DNA of 64,000 nt from an uncultured candidate division Zixibacteria bacterium (GTDB taxonomy: Bacteria > Zixibacteria > MSB-5A5 > GN15 > FEB-12). Below the pieces are notes generated by a model that was given only the letters and a program-made list of their open reading frames with translations, did not search any database and had not been told where the DNA came from. Both the position numbers and the translations under genes were made by a program. Below, piece after piece: positions 54,396 to 64,000 of this stretch. Each line of letters starts with the position of its first letter. Positions within the stretch are counted from its first letter, which is position 1. Where the stretch lies: positions 832,001 through 896,000 of the forward strand of contig CAVTJJ010000004.1 of assembly GCA_963735035.1 (NCBI GenBank), given 5' to 3'.

Positions 54396-56813
54396 CTACT
54401 CGACGGACAGATCGAATGGAATTCGGGCGAAGATTGCAGGCTCCTCGGAGAGTGGCAGTGTGATGGTCGCCGCCTCCGGGGAGTTTCTGTTTCCGGTAAG
54501 AACCGCCATGACCGAGTTCCACAGTGAGAATTTGGGGAGGATAAACCAGGGGCGGTACTGCGGGTACATTTCTACTTCGTAATCTTTCACTTCTAATTCG
54601 GCTGCGAGATAGTCAAGGGCCTGATGAATTCCGCCCGTTTGGTCGGCGAGACCACACTTGATTGCCTCGCGGCCGGTCCAGACACGCCCCCGCCCCAGAG
54701 CGTCGACCGAGTCGGGAGAAAGCCGACGACTGGTCGCCACCAGTTCCACGAAGTGATCATAGAAAGCCTGAAGGTGCGAAAAGTACTTGGCGCGTTCATC
54801 ATCGGTGAACGGACGGGAATCAGTCAGCATTCCGGCGTAGCGACCGCGCGTATACAGCTCTTTCCCCATGCGTATCTTTTCATACGTGCCGCTCAGATCG
54901 GCTTTGCCGCCGTAGATGCCAATTGAACCGGTGACCGTAGCCGGGTCGACGAATACTTGTTTAGCGGGTGTGGCGATATAGTATCCGCCTGAGGCTGCGG
55001 AGTTGGCCATTGAAACGACCACGGGTTTGGTCTCGGCCGCTCGACTGACCGCACGATGAATATCCTCCCCGGCCAGAGCCCAGCCGCCGGGAGAGTTGAT
55101 CCTGAAGATCACGCCACGAATTCTCGGGTCGGTGCGCACCCGCTCGAACGCCTTGACAATCGGGGTGGGGCGGACGCCGGAATCTTGGTCGGTCCAACTA
55201 TTCGCACCCGCGTCCGGCTGAATTTCACCATCGGCCACGACCACCGCGATGACTGGGACAGGCTTCCAGGAATTGTCGATCAGCGTATCGGTCAGGTAGC
55301 GTTTGAAAGTTACACTCGGGAGGCCCTGGAAATAATCTTTGCACACCTGATCGCGGTAGCTGAGTCCGTCCACCAGGCCATAGGTAACGGCCTCGGCCGA
55401 AGTGAACGGCCCGCGGTCAATAATGGCCCGCAGGGAATCGACGGACAGCCCACGACCCTGGGCTATGGCCGTTACGAATTGATCGTACCAGTCGTCCATG
55501 AGCCGGTTGATTTGAGCCTTGTTCTCCTCGGTTGAGGCATCGCGTGTCCATGTCTCGGCGGCCGTCTTGTAGTCGCCGATACGCATCAAATCAATTTTCG
55601 CACCCAGCTTGTCGAGCGTCCCCGCCCAGAACGTAAGTTCGGCCCGCAGGCCGACTAGTTGCAGTTCACTAACCGGTGGGATGAGAATTGTGTTCGCGGT
55701 GCTGGCTACGAAATATCCGAGGTTATTGGGTGTGCTCAAATAACATATGATCCGTTTATCCCGGGAACGAAAATTTGTCAGCGCGTCGCGCAGTTCCTGG
55801 GCCCGCGCCATGCCTATCGCGAGATTGCCCAGATCGAGCTTCAGGCCTTCGATTGATGGATCATCGGCCGCCCGATATAGAGCAGTTATCAGCGACAAGA
55901 AGGGTGTTTCGCTCTGGCCGAAAATCGGCCGGGGGGGATTCTCGGAAACGCCGCCGGAAACCGCGAGATCCAGGCGACGGCCCGGCTCGTCGACTATCGA
56001 TGGTTGGCGAGAGTTAATGGCGCCCAGGTACACGGTAGTACGGCCGTTGTGTCCTTTCTTGTCGAACCGGCTCTGTGATCCCACGAGGTATTTCAACAAG
56101 TTGGCGCGCACGCCTATCTGGAAATTGCGGTCGGAGTCGATCAGACCGTTCACATACAACCCCGGGATCGGGTTGTACTCCGCATGGTAGGCGAAGTCCG
56201 CTCCGCTCAGATTGTCATGAGAAGACAAGAACATGTCAGCGGACAGAGTCAATTTCTGGCCGAATGGGCGATAACCCAGGGAATACCGCTCTTCCATGGC
56301 GGTACGCTTGCCGTCACTCTTGGCCCGATTCAGATTCGAGATCACGGCGGCGAAGGCGAATGAACCGAGGCGCTGGCTGCCCAGCCCGAAGTTCCATGAA
56401 TGTCGCTTGCGATATAAGTCGGGGCCGTTGCGAAAATAGCTATAGGACCCGCCTATATTCAGGGTAGGGCTGACCGGAAAGCCCAGGGCCGCCACCCACT
56501 CGTCGTAGTCGACGCCATCCGGGTTGTCGATGTGGCGAAACGCGGTCGCGCTCCCGTCGCGATACGCCACGCCTCCCCAGCTCTTGGCATAATCTCCGGC
56601 GTAGTAATCGGCCATCAATTCGAAACCGGCCATGCCGGGACGACTCAGCCCGGCCGGGTTGGTCCACGCTGCTTCCATGCCGAATGCGGTCGCGGCCGGG
56701 ACATAATAGAATACATCCGGTGGCTGCGGTACGCGGTCGGTGTCATCGGTGGTAGCTGCGCCGGCAGCGCTTCCGATGAGCATTATTATGAACAAGTATC
56801 GAATCGACCTCAT
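54396..56813 (-). CDS. sppA: Signal peptide peptidase SppA with long N-terminal extension
   Basis: RIGDYKTAAE, RINSPGG, AASGGYY, TGSIG, GRVWTG. Confidence 0.9.
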   Translation of the reverse strand: MRSIRYLFIIMLIGSAAGAATTDDTDRVPQPPDVFYYVPAATAFGMEAAWTNPAGLSRPGMAGFELMADYYAGDYAKSWGGVAYRDGSATAFRHIDNPDGVDYDEWVAALGFPVSPTLNIGGSYSYFRNGPDLYRKRHSWNFGLGSQRLGSFAFAAVISNLNRAKSDGKRTAMEERYSLGYRPFGQKLTLSADMFLSSHDNLSGADFAYHAEYNPIPGLYVNGLIDSDRNFQIGVRANLLKYLVGSQSRFDKKGHNGRTTVYLGAINSRQPSIVDEPGRRLDLAVSGGVSENPPRPIFGQSETPFLSLITALYRAADDPSIEGLKLDLGNLAIGMARAQELRDALTNFRSRDKRIICYLSTPNNLGYFVASTANTILIPPVSELQLVGLRAELTFWAGTLDKLGAKIDLMRIGDYKTAAETWTRDASTEENKAQINRLMDDWYDQFVTAIAQGRGLSVDSLRAIIDRGPFTSAEAVTYGLVDGLSYRDQVCKDYFQGLPSVTFKRYLTDTLIDNSWKPVPVIAVVVADGEIQPDAGANSWTDQDSGVRPTPIVKAFERVRTDPRIRGVIFRINSPGGWALAGEDIHRAVSRAAETKPVVVSMANSAASGGYYIATPAKQVFVDPATVTGSIGIYGGKADLSGTYEKIRMGKELYTRGRYAGMLTDSRPFTDDERAKYFSHLQAFYDHFVELVATSRRLSPDSVDALGRGRVWTGREAIKCGLADQTGGIHQALDYLAAELEVKDYEVEMYPQYRPWFILPKFSLWNSVMAVLTGNRNSPEAATITLPLSEEPAIFARIPFDLSVE

Positions 56814-56815
56814 TG

Positions 56816-57871
56816 TTACTCTCCCGATCTGCCTCGGATGTAAATGTTTCCTTTACCCTTGATCGTTACGCCGATATCCACGCGTCCGTCGCCTGATTGC
56901 AGGTTCAAACGATTGTGCTCCACCAGATCGGGAGTGAAGGGAAAGTTAGAGGCTTCAATGACACCTTCGTCATCGACCGCCAGACTGTAAAACGCCGACA
57001 ACGTGTCGGGGACCACTATCTCTATGTCTTCCTGACGATTGCTGACCACCAACTGACCTTCCTTCATTTCCAGGACTTCAATGGACACGGGTTCCGACGA
57101 GCCCCGGATGTAACTGCTCTGGCCTCGGGCGGTGAACTTCTCGACATTGATTCGACCGTAACTGGTCTTGATGTTCACCGATCCAACAACGCCGATCAAT
57201 TCGATGTCGCCACCCTCGTTTCGGAACCGGGCCTGGTCTTCGAGACACTTGATGTCTCTCGCGACGAGAGTTTCGCGGGTAGTCACTACCGAAATCTGGC
57301 CAGTGATATCTTTCAACGTTACGGCCCGGTTAGCTGTGGTGATGTTCAGACTTTCCGTGATGTTGGAGATATCCATCCCGCCCAGCGATTCGGGCACATC
57401 CAGTGCCCGAAGGGGTCCGACTGTGGTGACATCGAACGGCGGCGCGAGGATTTCTATTTCGGCGTCGGAGGGGGCGATGATTTCCAGCTCCACGCGTCCT
57501 GAATAGTCAGTTCCACTCCAGGGAGCGGGATTCGGGGCACGCATCTTGACCACCGGTGATTCCGGCCGGCCTTCGATGACCACCGAGATGAGGTCGATGA
57601 AGTCAATGGCTTGTGAACGGTCGGAGGCTTTGGCAGTTTTCACATATTTGATGTCGATCGTGTCGGACAGTTGCGTGGCAATTCGAATGGTGCCGGACAA
57701 ATTCACGGCGGCCACCAGTTGAATCTTCGCCCGGCTCCCGACTGCTTTGCGCATCGCAATCTTCTCAGTGGCGAATACTCCCGATTCTCTCTCGATAACT
57801 TCCTGGGCCGAAGCCGAAGCTGCCAGCAGGCCCAGCAGCGCCAGGGCGGATACCGCCAGTCTGAGTTTCAT
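56816..57871 (-). CDS. DUF4097-like beta-repeat exported protein
   Basis: Signal peptide, repeated G-x-I beta units. Confidence 0.65.
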   Translation of the reverse strand: MKLRLAVSALALLGLLAASASAQEVIERESGVFATEKIAMRKAVGSRAKIQLVAAVNLSGTIRIATQLSDTIDIKYVKTAKASDRSQAIDFIDLISVVIEGRPESPVVKMRAPNPAPWSGTDYSGRVELEIIAPSDAEIEILAPPFDVTTVGPLRALDVPESLGGMDISNITESLNITTANRAVTLKDITGQISVVTTRETLVARDIKCLEDQARFRNEGGDIELIGVVGSVNIKTSYGRINVEKFTARGQSSYIRGSSEPVSIEVLEMKEGQLVVSNRQEDIEIVVPDTLSAFYSLAVDDEGVIEASNFPFTPDLVEHNRLNLQSGDGRVDIGVTIKGKGNIYIRGRSGE

Positions 57872-58668
57872 GCTTTCCTCCGCATCCTGAAGTCGTGGCA
57901 TTGCTTCATGAGAATCGATCCGGCTATGGCCGAGTTCAGGGATTCAACGTTCTTGCTGTGACCGATTCGAACCATTTCCTGTGTCGCCTGGATCAAATCC
58001 GGCGATAAACCGTCGGCTTCCGAACCGATCGCCAGCGCCAGGGGACGGTTCCTTGTTCGGGCCAACACATCCTCAATCTTGTCCGAACCCTGCAATGCGG
58101 CGGCGATCAATGTCATCTTGTGTTTATCTCTCTCAGCCAGCATCTCGTTCAAGTTGGCCGAGACGACCGGCATTCCAAAAACCGCGCCGACGGAGGATCG
58201 CACGACTTTGGGCGAATAAGCCTCGGCACACTGTCCTACCAGGACGACCAGGTCAAACTCGAACGCCAACGCCGACCGGATGAGTGTGCCAACATTGCCC
58301 GGATCGGACAGATTCTCACACACCAATACATTACGGGTCGAAGGGCCAAGAAGTTCGGTGAGTCGTCTCTGGTGAATCTCGAATACGGCCGCCAGCCCCT
58401 GGCTTTGCTCGGTATCGCAGATTCGACCGAGCTCTCCGGCTGAGACCTGAGTCAAAGTCACTCCCTGGCGACGGAACTTCTCTACGATCTGCTCGGCCCG
58501 AGGGGACAACAAGGATGGAGTGTACAGCAGGCGTATCGGCTTCTGTTTGAACCGGAGCGCTTCTTCCAGCAGGCGCACTCCTTCCGCCAGGAACTGGTGG
58601 GCGGTGCGACGTCCCTTCTTGGCTTGCAGAGCGCGTAGATTTTTTATTTCCGAATGACTCAGTGGCAT
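57868..58668 (-). CDS. TrmH/SpoU-family RNA methyltransferase
   Basis: DPGNVGTLIRS, GSEADG, ESLNSAIAGSI. Confidence 0.93.
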   Translation of the reverse strand: MPLSHSEIKNLRALQAKKGRRTAHQFLAEGVRLLEEALRFKQKPIRLLYTPSLLSPRAEQIVEKFRRQGVTLTQVSAGELGRICDTEQSQGLAAVFEIHQRRLTELLGPSTRNVLVCENLSDPGNVGTLIRSALAFEFDLVVLVGQCAEAYSPKVVRSSVGAVFGMPVVSANLNEMLAERDKHKMTLIAAALQGSDKIEDVLARTRNRPLALAIGSEADGLSPDLIQATQEMVRIGHSKNVESLNSAIAGSILMKQCHDFRMRRKA

Positions 58669-58700
58669 CGTTAATTATCCGATTCGATTCTGATGACACA

Positions 58701-61347
58701 ATGAACCTGCTCGACCGAACTTGGCAAGTGAAAACTCTGCTGACACTTCTAATGCTTCTGTGGTTAGGCGGCCATGTGGCCGCCGATTCGACGCATATCA
58801 TAATCGGGGGGACCGACGGAATCGATCCGTATAGCACGACTTCACGCTGTCGTATCGGGCTGGCTCTCTCTGGAGGAGGCGCACGCGGGTTGTGCTCGGT
58901 TGGCATTCTAAAGGCGTTTGAAGAGAAGGGTATTGATGTCGCGGCGGTGGCCGGGACTTCCATCGGCTCGGTCATTGGCGGCCTGTACGCCTGCGGCTAC
59001 ACACCGGACGAACTAAGCCGGATCGTGCGCGGGATCGATATCGACGCCCTGGTGGCCAACCGCCCGTTGCGCTCGTCGATGTTTCTCACGCGCCGCCAGG
59101 AACGGGAAAAATACCTGCTCTCGGTCAGGTTCAACGGCTGGCATCCGGAGATTCCCAGCGCCTGGACCGGCGGACAGGAAATTTCGGCGCTGTTGACCAG
59201 GCTGACGGTCGAGGCGAACTACACCGCCGGACGCGACTTTACTCGTCTGCCGATCCCATTCAAGACGGTCGCCACCGATATCGTAACCGGGCAAGCGGTC
59301 GTTATCACCAACGGCTCACTGGCTGAGGCCATGCGTGCCAGCATGGCGTTTCCGCTGGCCTTCACCGGCGTCGAAAAGGGCGACAGCCTGCTCATGGACG
59401 GCGGCATGCTGATACCGGTGCCGGTCGAGATCGTCCGTAACATGGTTGAACCCCAGACAATAGTCGTAGCGGTCAACACGAGTAGCGCGCTGATGCCGCG
59501 AGACGAGCTTCAGACCCCGGTCGATATAGCCAATCAGGTCACTTCGATTATGACTTCCGATAAGTTGGCGTATCAGCTCGGTCTGGCCGACCTGGTGATT
59601 GCCCCGCTCGGTCCGAATCATGCCTCGACCAATTTTCACGATGCCGATAGTCTCGAAGCGCTTGGTTACAGGGCCGGCCTCGTAGCAGCCGACTCGATCT
59701 TGTCGCTACAATCGGCGCGCTGTCAGTCGACCCACTACAAAGTCTGCTCGCTTCGAATAGACTGTCCCGATTCGATTATCGCGGCCCGGATACAAGCATC
59801 CGGACTTGATCGACCCTTCACCCGCGCTCAACTGATCGAGGATATCAAGACCCTGGCGCGCACCGAACCGATCTTCAGGATCGCCGTCGATATCGAAACG
59901 AAATGTGATCCGGCCGAGGCCGGGTCCGGTGACGTTCCGGTTGCGCTAACTTTGAACGTCTGGCCCAGACCGAAAGTGGCCGACTTCGCTCTAAGATTCG
60001 AGGGGCACGCCCTGTATGACGATCTGACACTGGGGCGACTCTGTAATTTCCCGGACAGTCTGATATCGCCCGCCGACCTGAAGAATGCCCAAGAAAACAT
60101 CCGTGCCAAATATCGCCACGACGGTTATGATATGGCTGGAGTGCGGCGGGTGTCGGTCGATTGGAAAGCCCGGGAAATTGTGTTCGATATCGACGAGGTC
60201 CGCCTTGCCAGGGTCGATGTCGCACAGAACCAACGTACGCGCGACTGGCTGATTCGCTCCTATTTTCCCGACTAAGCGGGGAGAACCGTTTACGCGGACG
60301 AAAGCGATACGCGGAATGTCCGATCTGTACGGCACCGAACTGTTCGATCGCGTGGCGCTCGATCTGGAGCCGGGCGATTCAGGGGCGGTCATGACGGTGC
60401 GTGTGAAAGAAAAGAAGTATTCGCAGATGCGGTTCGGCTGGCACTGGCACGACGAATACCAATCGGAACAGTTTGTGGAGCTTCTCGATGACAACGTCAA
60501 CGGGATCGGCCTGGAATTTCTGACCCATGCCCAGTTTGGACCAGACCGCCAGAGCTATTTCACCGGGCTGAGATTGGATCGAATCTTCTCCACGTATCTG
60601 ACGGCTCGTCTGACGTTCTTCGACGATCTGCTCGATCGTAATCTATTTGACCTTCAAGGGGAGGAAATAGGCACTCGTCGCGAGCAGGGCTGGGGGGGCG
60701 CCTTCTATCTGGGGCAGCAGATTTCACGTTTGGGCCAGGTACAGGCGGGACTGCGGATAGAGCGTGTGAAGACGATCGATCATCTGAGTGACACCGAGCA
60801 ACGTTTCAATCTAAGAGCGCTGCATTTTGTGTCCGAAGTTGAGACTTTCAATCGATATCCATTCCCCACGACCGGGAATAAGCATCGGTTCGATGTCGAG
60901 TTCGCCGGCAAGTTGCTGGGCGGCGAGGTCGAGTACAGCAAGTTCTCCACGTCCATCGAGGCCTACTATCCCCTGGGCGAGTATATCAACTATCATCCGA
61001 GAGTGGCGGTCGGCCTGTCGCGACGGGGTCTGCCGCCGTCGGAAAAGTTCTACCTCGGCGGTTTGGAATCTTTCTTAGGCTATCGCGAGAGTGAGTTGTC
61101 GGGGGAGAAGATGTTCGTGACGAATCAGGAGCTTAGGTTGAAGCTGCCGTATCGATTCTATTTGACGGCGCGGTTCGACTATGGCGACATCTACGGCAGT
61201 GCTGAAGATATCAAGGTGGCGAAGTTTCGTCGGGGATTCGGTGGCAAGTTGTCCTTTGATACACCGCTGGGCCCGTTCGATTTCGGTTATGGTGTGGGAT
61301 CGTCGCCGAAGGACCGGTTCTACTTCTCGGCAGGGTTCAGGTTCTAG
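58701..61347 (+). pseudogene. Patatin-POTRA-Omp85 (PlpD-like) protein split by a +1 frameshift near 60268
   Basis: GGGARG, GTSIG, DGG; POTRA; barrel ending TPLGP...AGFRF; removing one base in ttttcccg joins the frames. Confidence 0.85.
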
Positions 61348-61537
61348 TAGATCGTGGGCAGTGCCCAGTAAATCGTACAAGTCTGATCGCACTATGTCTG
61401 ATCGCACTAGTCTGATCGGCAGGGTTCCACCCCTGCCGCATTGAGCGTGCCCGGCAGATGTCCACATCTGCCGGTTTGGTGAGGAATCAACGTACCCCAC
61501 CCAACGCGTGGGATTTGTCAACGGGGCAGCAGCCCCG

Positions 61538-62548
61538 TCATTCCGGCGGAAGCCAGGAGGTGGATTCACATTTGAAGTGCAACAGTTTCTCCCAGAATAC
61601 TTCGGCCGGTGACCGGTAGTCCAGACATTTTCTGGGGGTGTTATTGTACAGCTGTACGAGTTGCGCAAATTGGTGGTTGGTCAGGGCGGCCAGGTCCGTT
61701 TTTCTGGGCAGGAGGCGCCGCATGCGGCCGAGGGCATTCTCGATGCCCCCTTTCTGCCAGGGCGCATGAGCATCGCAGAAGTACGTTTCGGTGCCCAGCT
61801 CATGCAACTCGTAGTGATAGGCGAACTCGGTGCCGTTATCGAAGGTGACGGTCTGGCGCCAGACCAGCGGCAGAGGAGCGAGGATCGCCTTCATGTGCTG
61901 CGCGATCTCGTGCGCTTCTTTGCTCGGGGGCCGCACGGCCACGAGCAGGCGGGTCTGCCGTTCGTGCAAAAACAACAGCACCTGACCGTACTTACTAAAG
62001 CACATCAGATCCGCCTCCCAGTGGCCGGGCCTCTGGCGGTCTGAGGCGGCCGCAGGCCGGGCACTGATCGGACAGCGCAGGGCCATAAATGAGGTCGGGC
62101 TCTTGGCCTTCGTGACATAGCGACCACGTCGACCCTTGGCCCGTGGCAGGTAACGGCGCCACGAATAGTCCTGAGTGCGGGTGATCTGCGCATAGATAAA
62201 CCGGTAAATCGTCTCGTAGGAGATCACCCGTCGACCAGCCTTCCGGTTGAGGTGGGCCGCCACGATCTCGGGTGACCAGCCCAGCCCAAGACGTCGCAAC
62301 ACCGCCATCCGCAGCCGGGGATCGCGATCGAGCTTTGAGCCGCTCCAGCGGCGCGCTTGGCTCTGTAGGTTAGCGTACCAAGGCTGATATCTGTCCCTCG
62401 CGCTGGTGTTCCGCTTCAGTTCCCGAGCAATTGTCGATGGCGCGCGATCCAGACTTGCAGCAATTTGCCGCAGCGACGTCCCTTCGCCCGATAATAGGGC
62501 AATTTCACATCGCTCTTCAACACCAATCTGCTCATATCTTTGTCCCAT
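61538..62548 (-). CDS. IS30-family transposase, copy 2
   Basis: GHWEAD, TVTFDNGTEF, PWQKGGIEN, NNTPRKCL. Confidence 0.95.
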   Translation of the reverse strand: MGQRYEQIGVEERCEIALLSGEGTSLRQIAASLDRAPSTIARELKRNTSARDRYQPWYANLQSQARRWSGSKLDRDPRLRMAVLRRLGLGWSPEIVAAHLNRKAGRRVISYETIYRFIYAQITRTQDYSWRRYLPRAKGRRGRYVTKAKSPTSFMALRCPISARPAAASDRQRPGHWEADLMCFSKYGQVLLFLHERQTRLLVAVRPPSKEAHEIAQHMKAILAPLPLVWRQTVTFDNGTEFAYHYELHELGTETYFCDAHAPWQKGGIENALGRMRRLLPRKTDLAALTNHQFAQLVQLYNNTPRKCLDYRSPAEVFWEKLLHFKCESTSWLPPE

Positions 62549-62592
62549 ACCAACACCTTAATAAGGTGTTGCACTTCGTTTGTGAAGTGAGC
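61559..62592 (-). mobile_element. IS30-family insertion sequence, copy 2
   Basis: IR cores identical to copy 1 (ttcacaaacgaagtgcaaca / ttcacatttgaagtgcaaca); probable decayed 3-bp TSD gga/gta. Confidence 0.88.
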
Positions 62593-62980
62593 GTACCCAG
62601 TTGTGATGGCAAGAGCGCCAATGCTGATGTTTCGATCAATCCTGCGAAGGGAATCCTGGTCACTATGACAGTGATATTGCGGTCACAACTGGGCACCGGT
62701 TTGCACCGGTGTGACGGACTGGCGTCCGTTGACGTTTATAAGCGAGAGCAAACTACATTAGTTACAAGTGGGAGAGAGCAAGTCTGTCGAATGGCCCACA
62801 GAAAGCAACGGTATCGGGTCTCTGATTCAGGACGGCAGGCACGGAGGCCTGCCGATCAACATAGAAACTTACCGCAAGTGGTGGGGCGCTGAGTCATTCG
62901 CCGGCAGATGTGGGCATCTGCCGATCACTAATCAAATTTCGATCAGAATCCGAACCCACCGCAAGCGGTGGGGCACCCGA
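62593..62980. repeat. REP-like mosaic downstream of secA
   Basis: caactgggcaccggtttgcaccggtgtgacg (copy at 2370), cggcaggcacggaggcctgccgatca, cccaccgcaagcggtggg (copy near 38178). Confidence 0.8.
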
Positions 62981-62987
62981 TCACATA

Positions 62988-64000
62988 TTACACATGCGCG
63001 CCATGGCACTTCTTGTACTTCTTGCCGGAACCGCACGGACACGGAGCGTTCGGGCTGACTTTCGGTACCTCGCGACGCACGGTCGCGGCGCGTGTTCCGG
63101 CCTGCGAAGCCGCCGCCATCGGATTCGACTCGCCCGTTCCAGTCGGTCCCGCCGGTGGAGGAGTAGCCGCCGCGCCAGCATAGCCGAGATTGGTTGATTC
63201 CTGATGCGACGCCGTCATAGTCGGTGTTCGCTGTGTCTGGCGAGCCTGTTCGGCCACCTTTACCTGCAGCTTGTAGACCAGATTGACAATCTCGCGGTCG
63301 ATCGCCTTGATCATCTTCTCGAACATCCCGAACGCTTCGCTCTTGTAGATGTCGATCGGTTTGCCCATCTGGCCATGGTAGGCACGCAGGCCGATACCGG
63401 TGCGGAGTTCTTCGATCTCGGAAAGATGATCCCGCCAGTGGCGGTCGATAGTTGACAGGACGGCGTATCGTTCGAGCTGCCGCATGATATCGTCGCCGTA
63501 AGCCGTTTCTTTCTGATTATAGAATGAAGTGACAGCGCCGTGAATCATTTCGCGCAGTGATTCGCGGGTTAGCTTCGGAATATCTTCGTCCTTCAGGCGC
63601 AGGTCGAAAAGGAACACGGTGCGAAGGTCCTCGCGTAACTGTGCGATAGGCCAGTTTTCGGGCCATTCCTTTTCGGGGCAATGTTCGTCGATCAATTCAT
63701 CCAGCACGCTGTTGATCAGCTCGACAACCTCGTCTTTGATAGACGGCCGATCCAGCGCCGACAGACGACGTTCATAGATCCACTTGCGCTGGACATTCAT
63801 GACGTCGTCGTATTCGAGGGTGTGCTTTCTTATAGAGAAGTTCTGGGCTTCGATCTTCTGCTGCGCCCGCTCGATGGCGCGGGTCACCATCGGGTGCATG
63901 ATGACTTCGCCTTCTTTCACCCCGAGCTTATCCATGATGGTGCCGAGGCGGTCGCCGCCGAAAAGGCGCATCAGGTCGTCTTCGAGAGAAAGGAAGAACT
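62988..64000 (-). CDS. secA: Preprotein translocase SecA, C-terminal part (truncated by window)
   Basis: [47 protein letters not shown]. Confidence 0.98.
   Translation of the reverse strand, partial: FFLSLEDDLMRLFGGDRLGTIMDKLGVKEGEVIMHPMVTRAIERAQQKIEAQNFSIRKHTLEYDDVMNVQRKWIYERRLSALDRPSIKDEVVELINSVLDELIDEHCPEKEWPENWPIAQLREDLRTVFLFDLRLKDEDIPKLTRESLREMIHGAVTSFYNQKETAYGDDIMRQLERYAVLSTIDRHWRDHLSEIEELRTGIGLRAYHGQMGKPIDIYKSEAFGMFEKMIKAIDREIVNLVYKLQVKVAEQARQTQRTPTMTASHQESTNLGYAGAAATPPPAGPTGTGESNPMAAASQAGTRAATVRREVPKVSPNAPCPCGSGKKYKKCHGAHV

Overview
Bacterial chromosomal window, roughly mid-50s % GC by eye. Gene style is compatible with candidate division Zixibacteria or a related FCB-neighbour lineage (inference). 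It runs from the 3' end of dnaE to the 3' end of secA. Core genes: coaX, CIRCE-groES-groEL, priA, DUF721/dciA-gyrB, nnr, lon, ychF, nfo, sppA, a TrmH methyltransferase, minor type IV pilins, and a frameshifted patatin-POTRA-Omp85 gene. Intergenic space is filled with mosaics of REP-like palindromes. Most striking observations: (1) an IS110-family element inserted at the centre of a REP hairpin, whose target, CT core, circle-junction promoter and a two-loop bridge/seek-type guide RNA in the 3' non-coding end can be read from the sequence; (2) two diverged IS30 elements, both inserted into REP palindromes and taking their stop codons from the target; (3) a REP doublet inserted in frame inside coaX; (4) a ~400-nt structured, promoter- and terminator-bounded ncRNA candidate I cannot assign; (5) an orphan 805-aa Zn-ribbon + PD-(D/E)xK-like protein; (6) a cytochrome bd-superfamily pair with fused c-hemes; (7) a Cys-rich leader/metallothionein-like pair. 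All calls come from reading the sequence; no searches were run.
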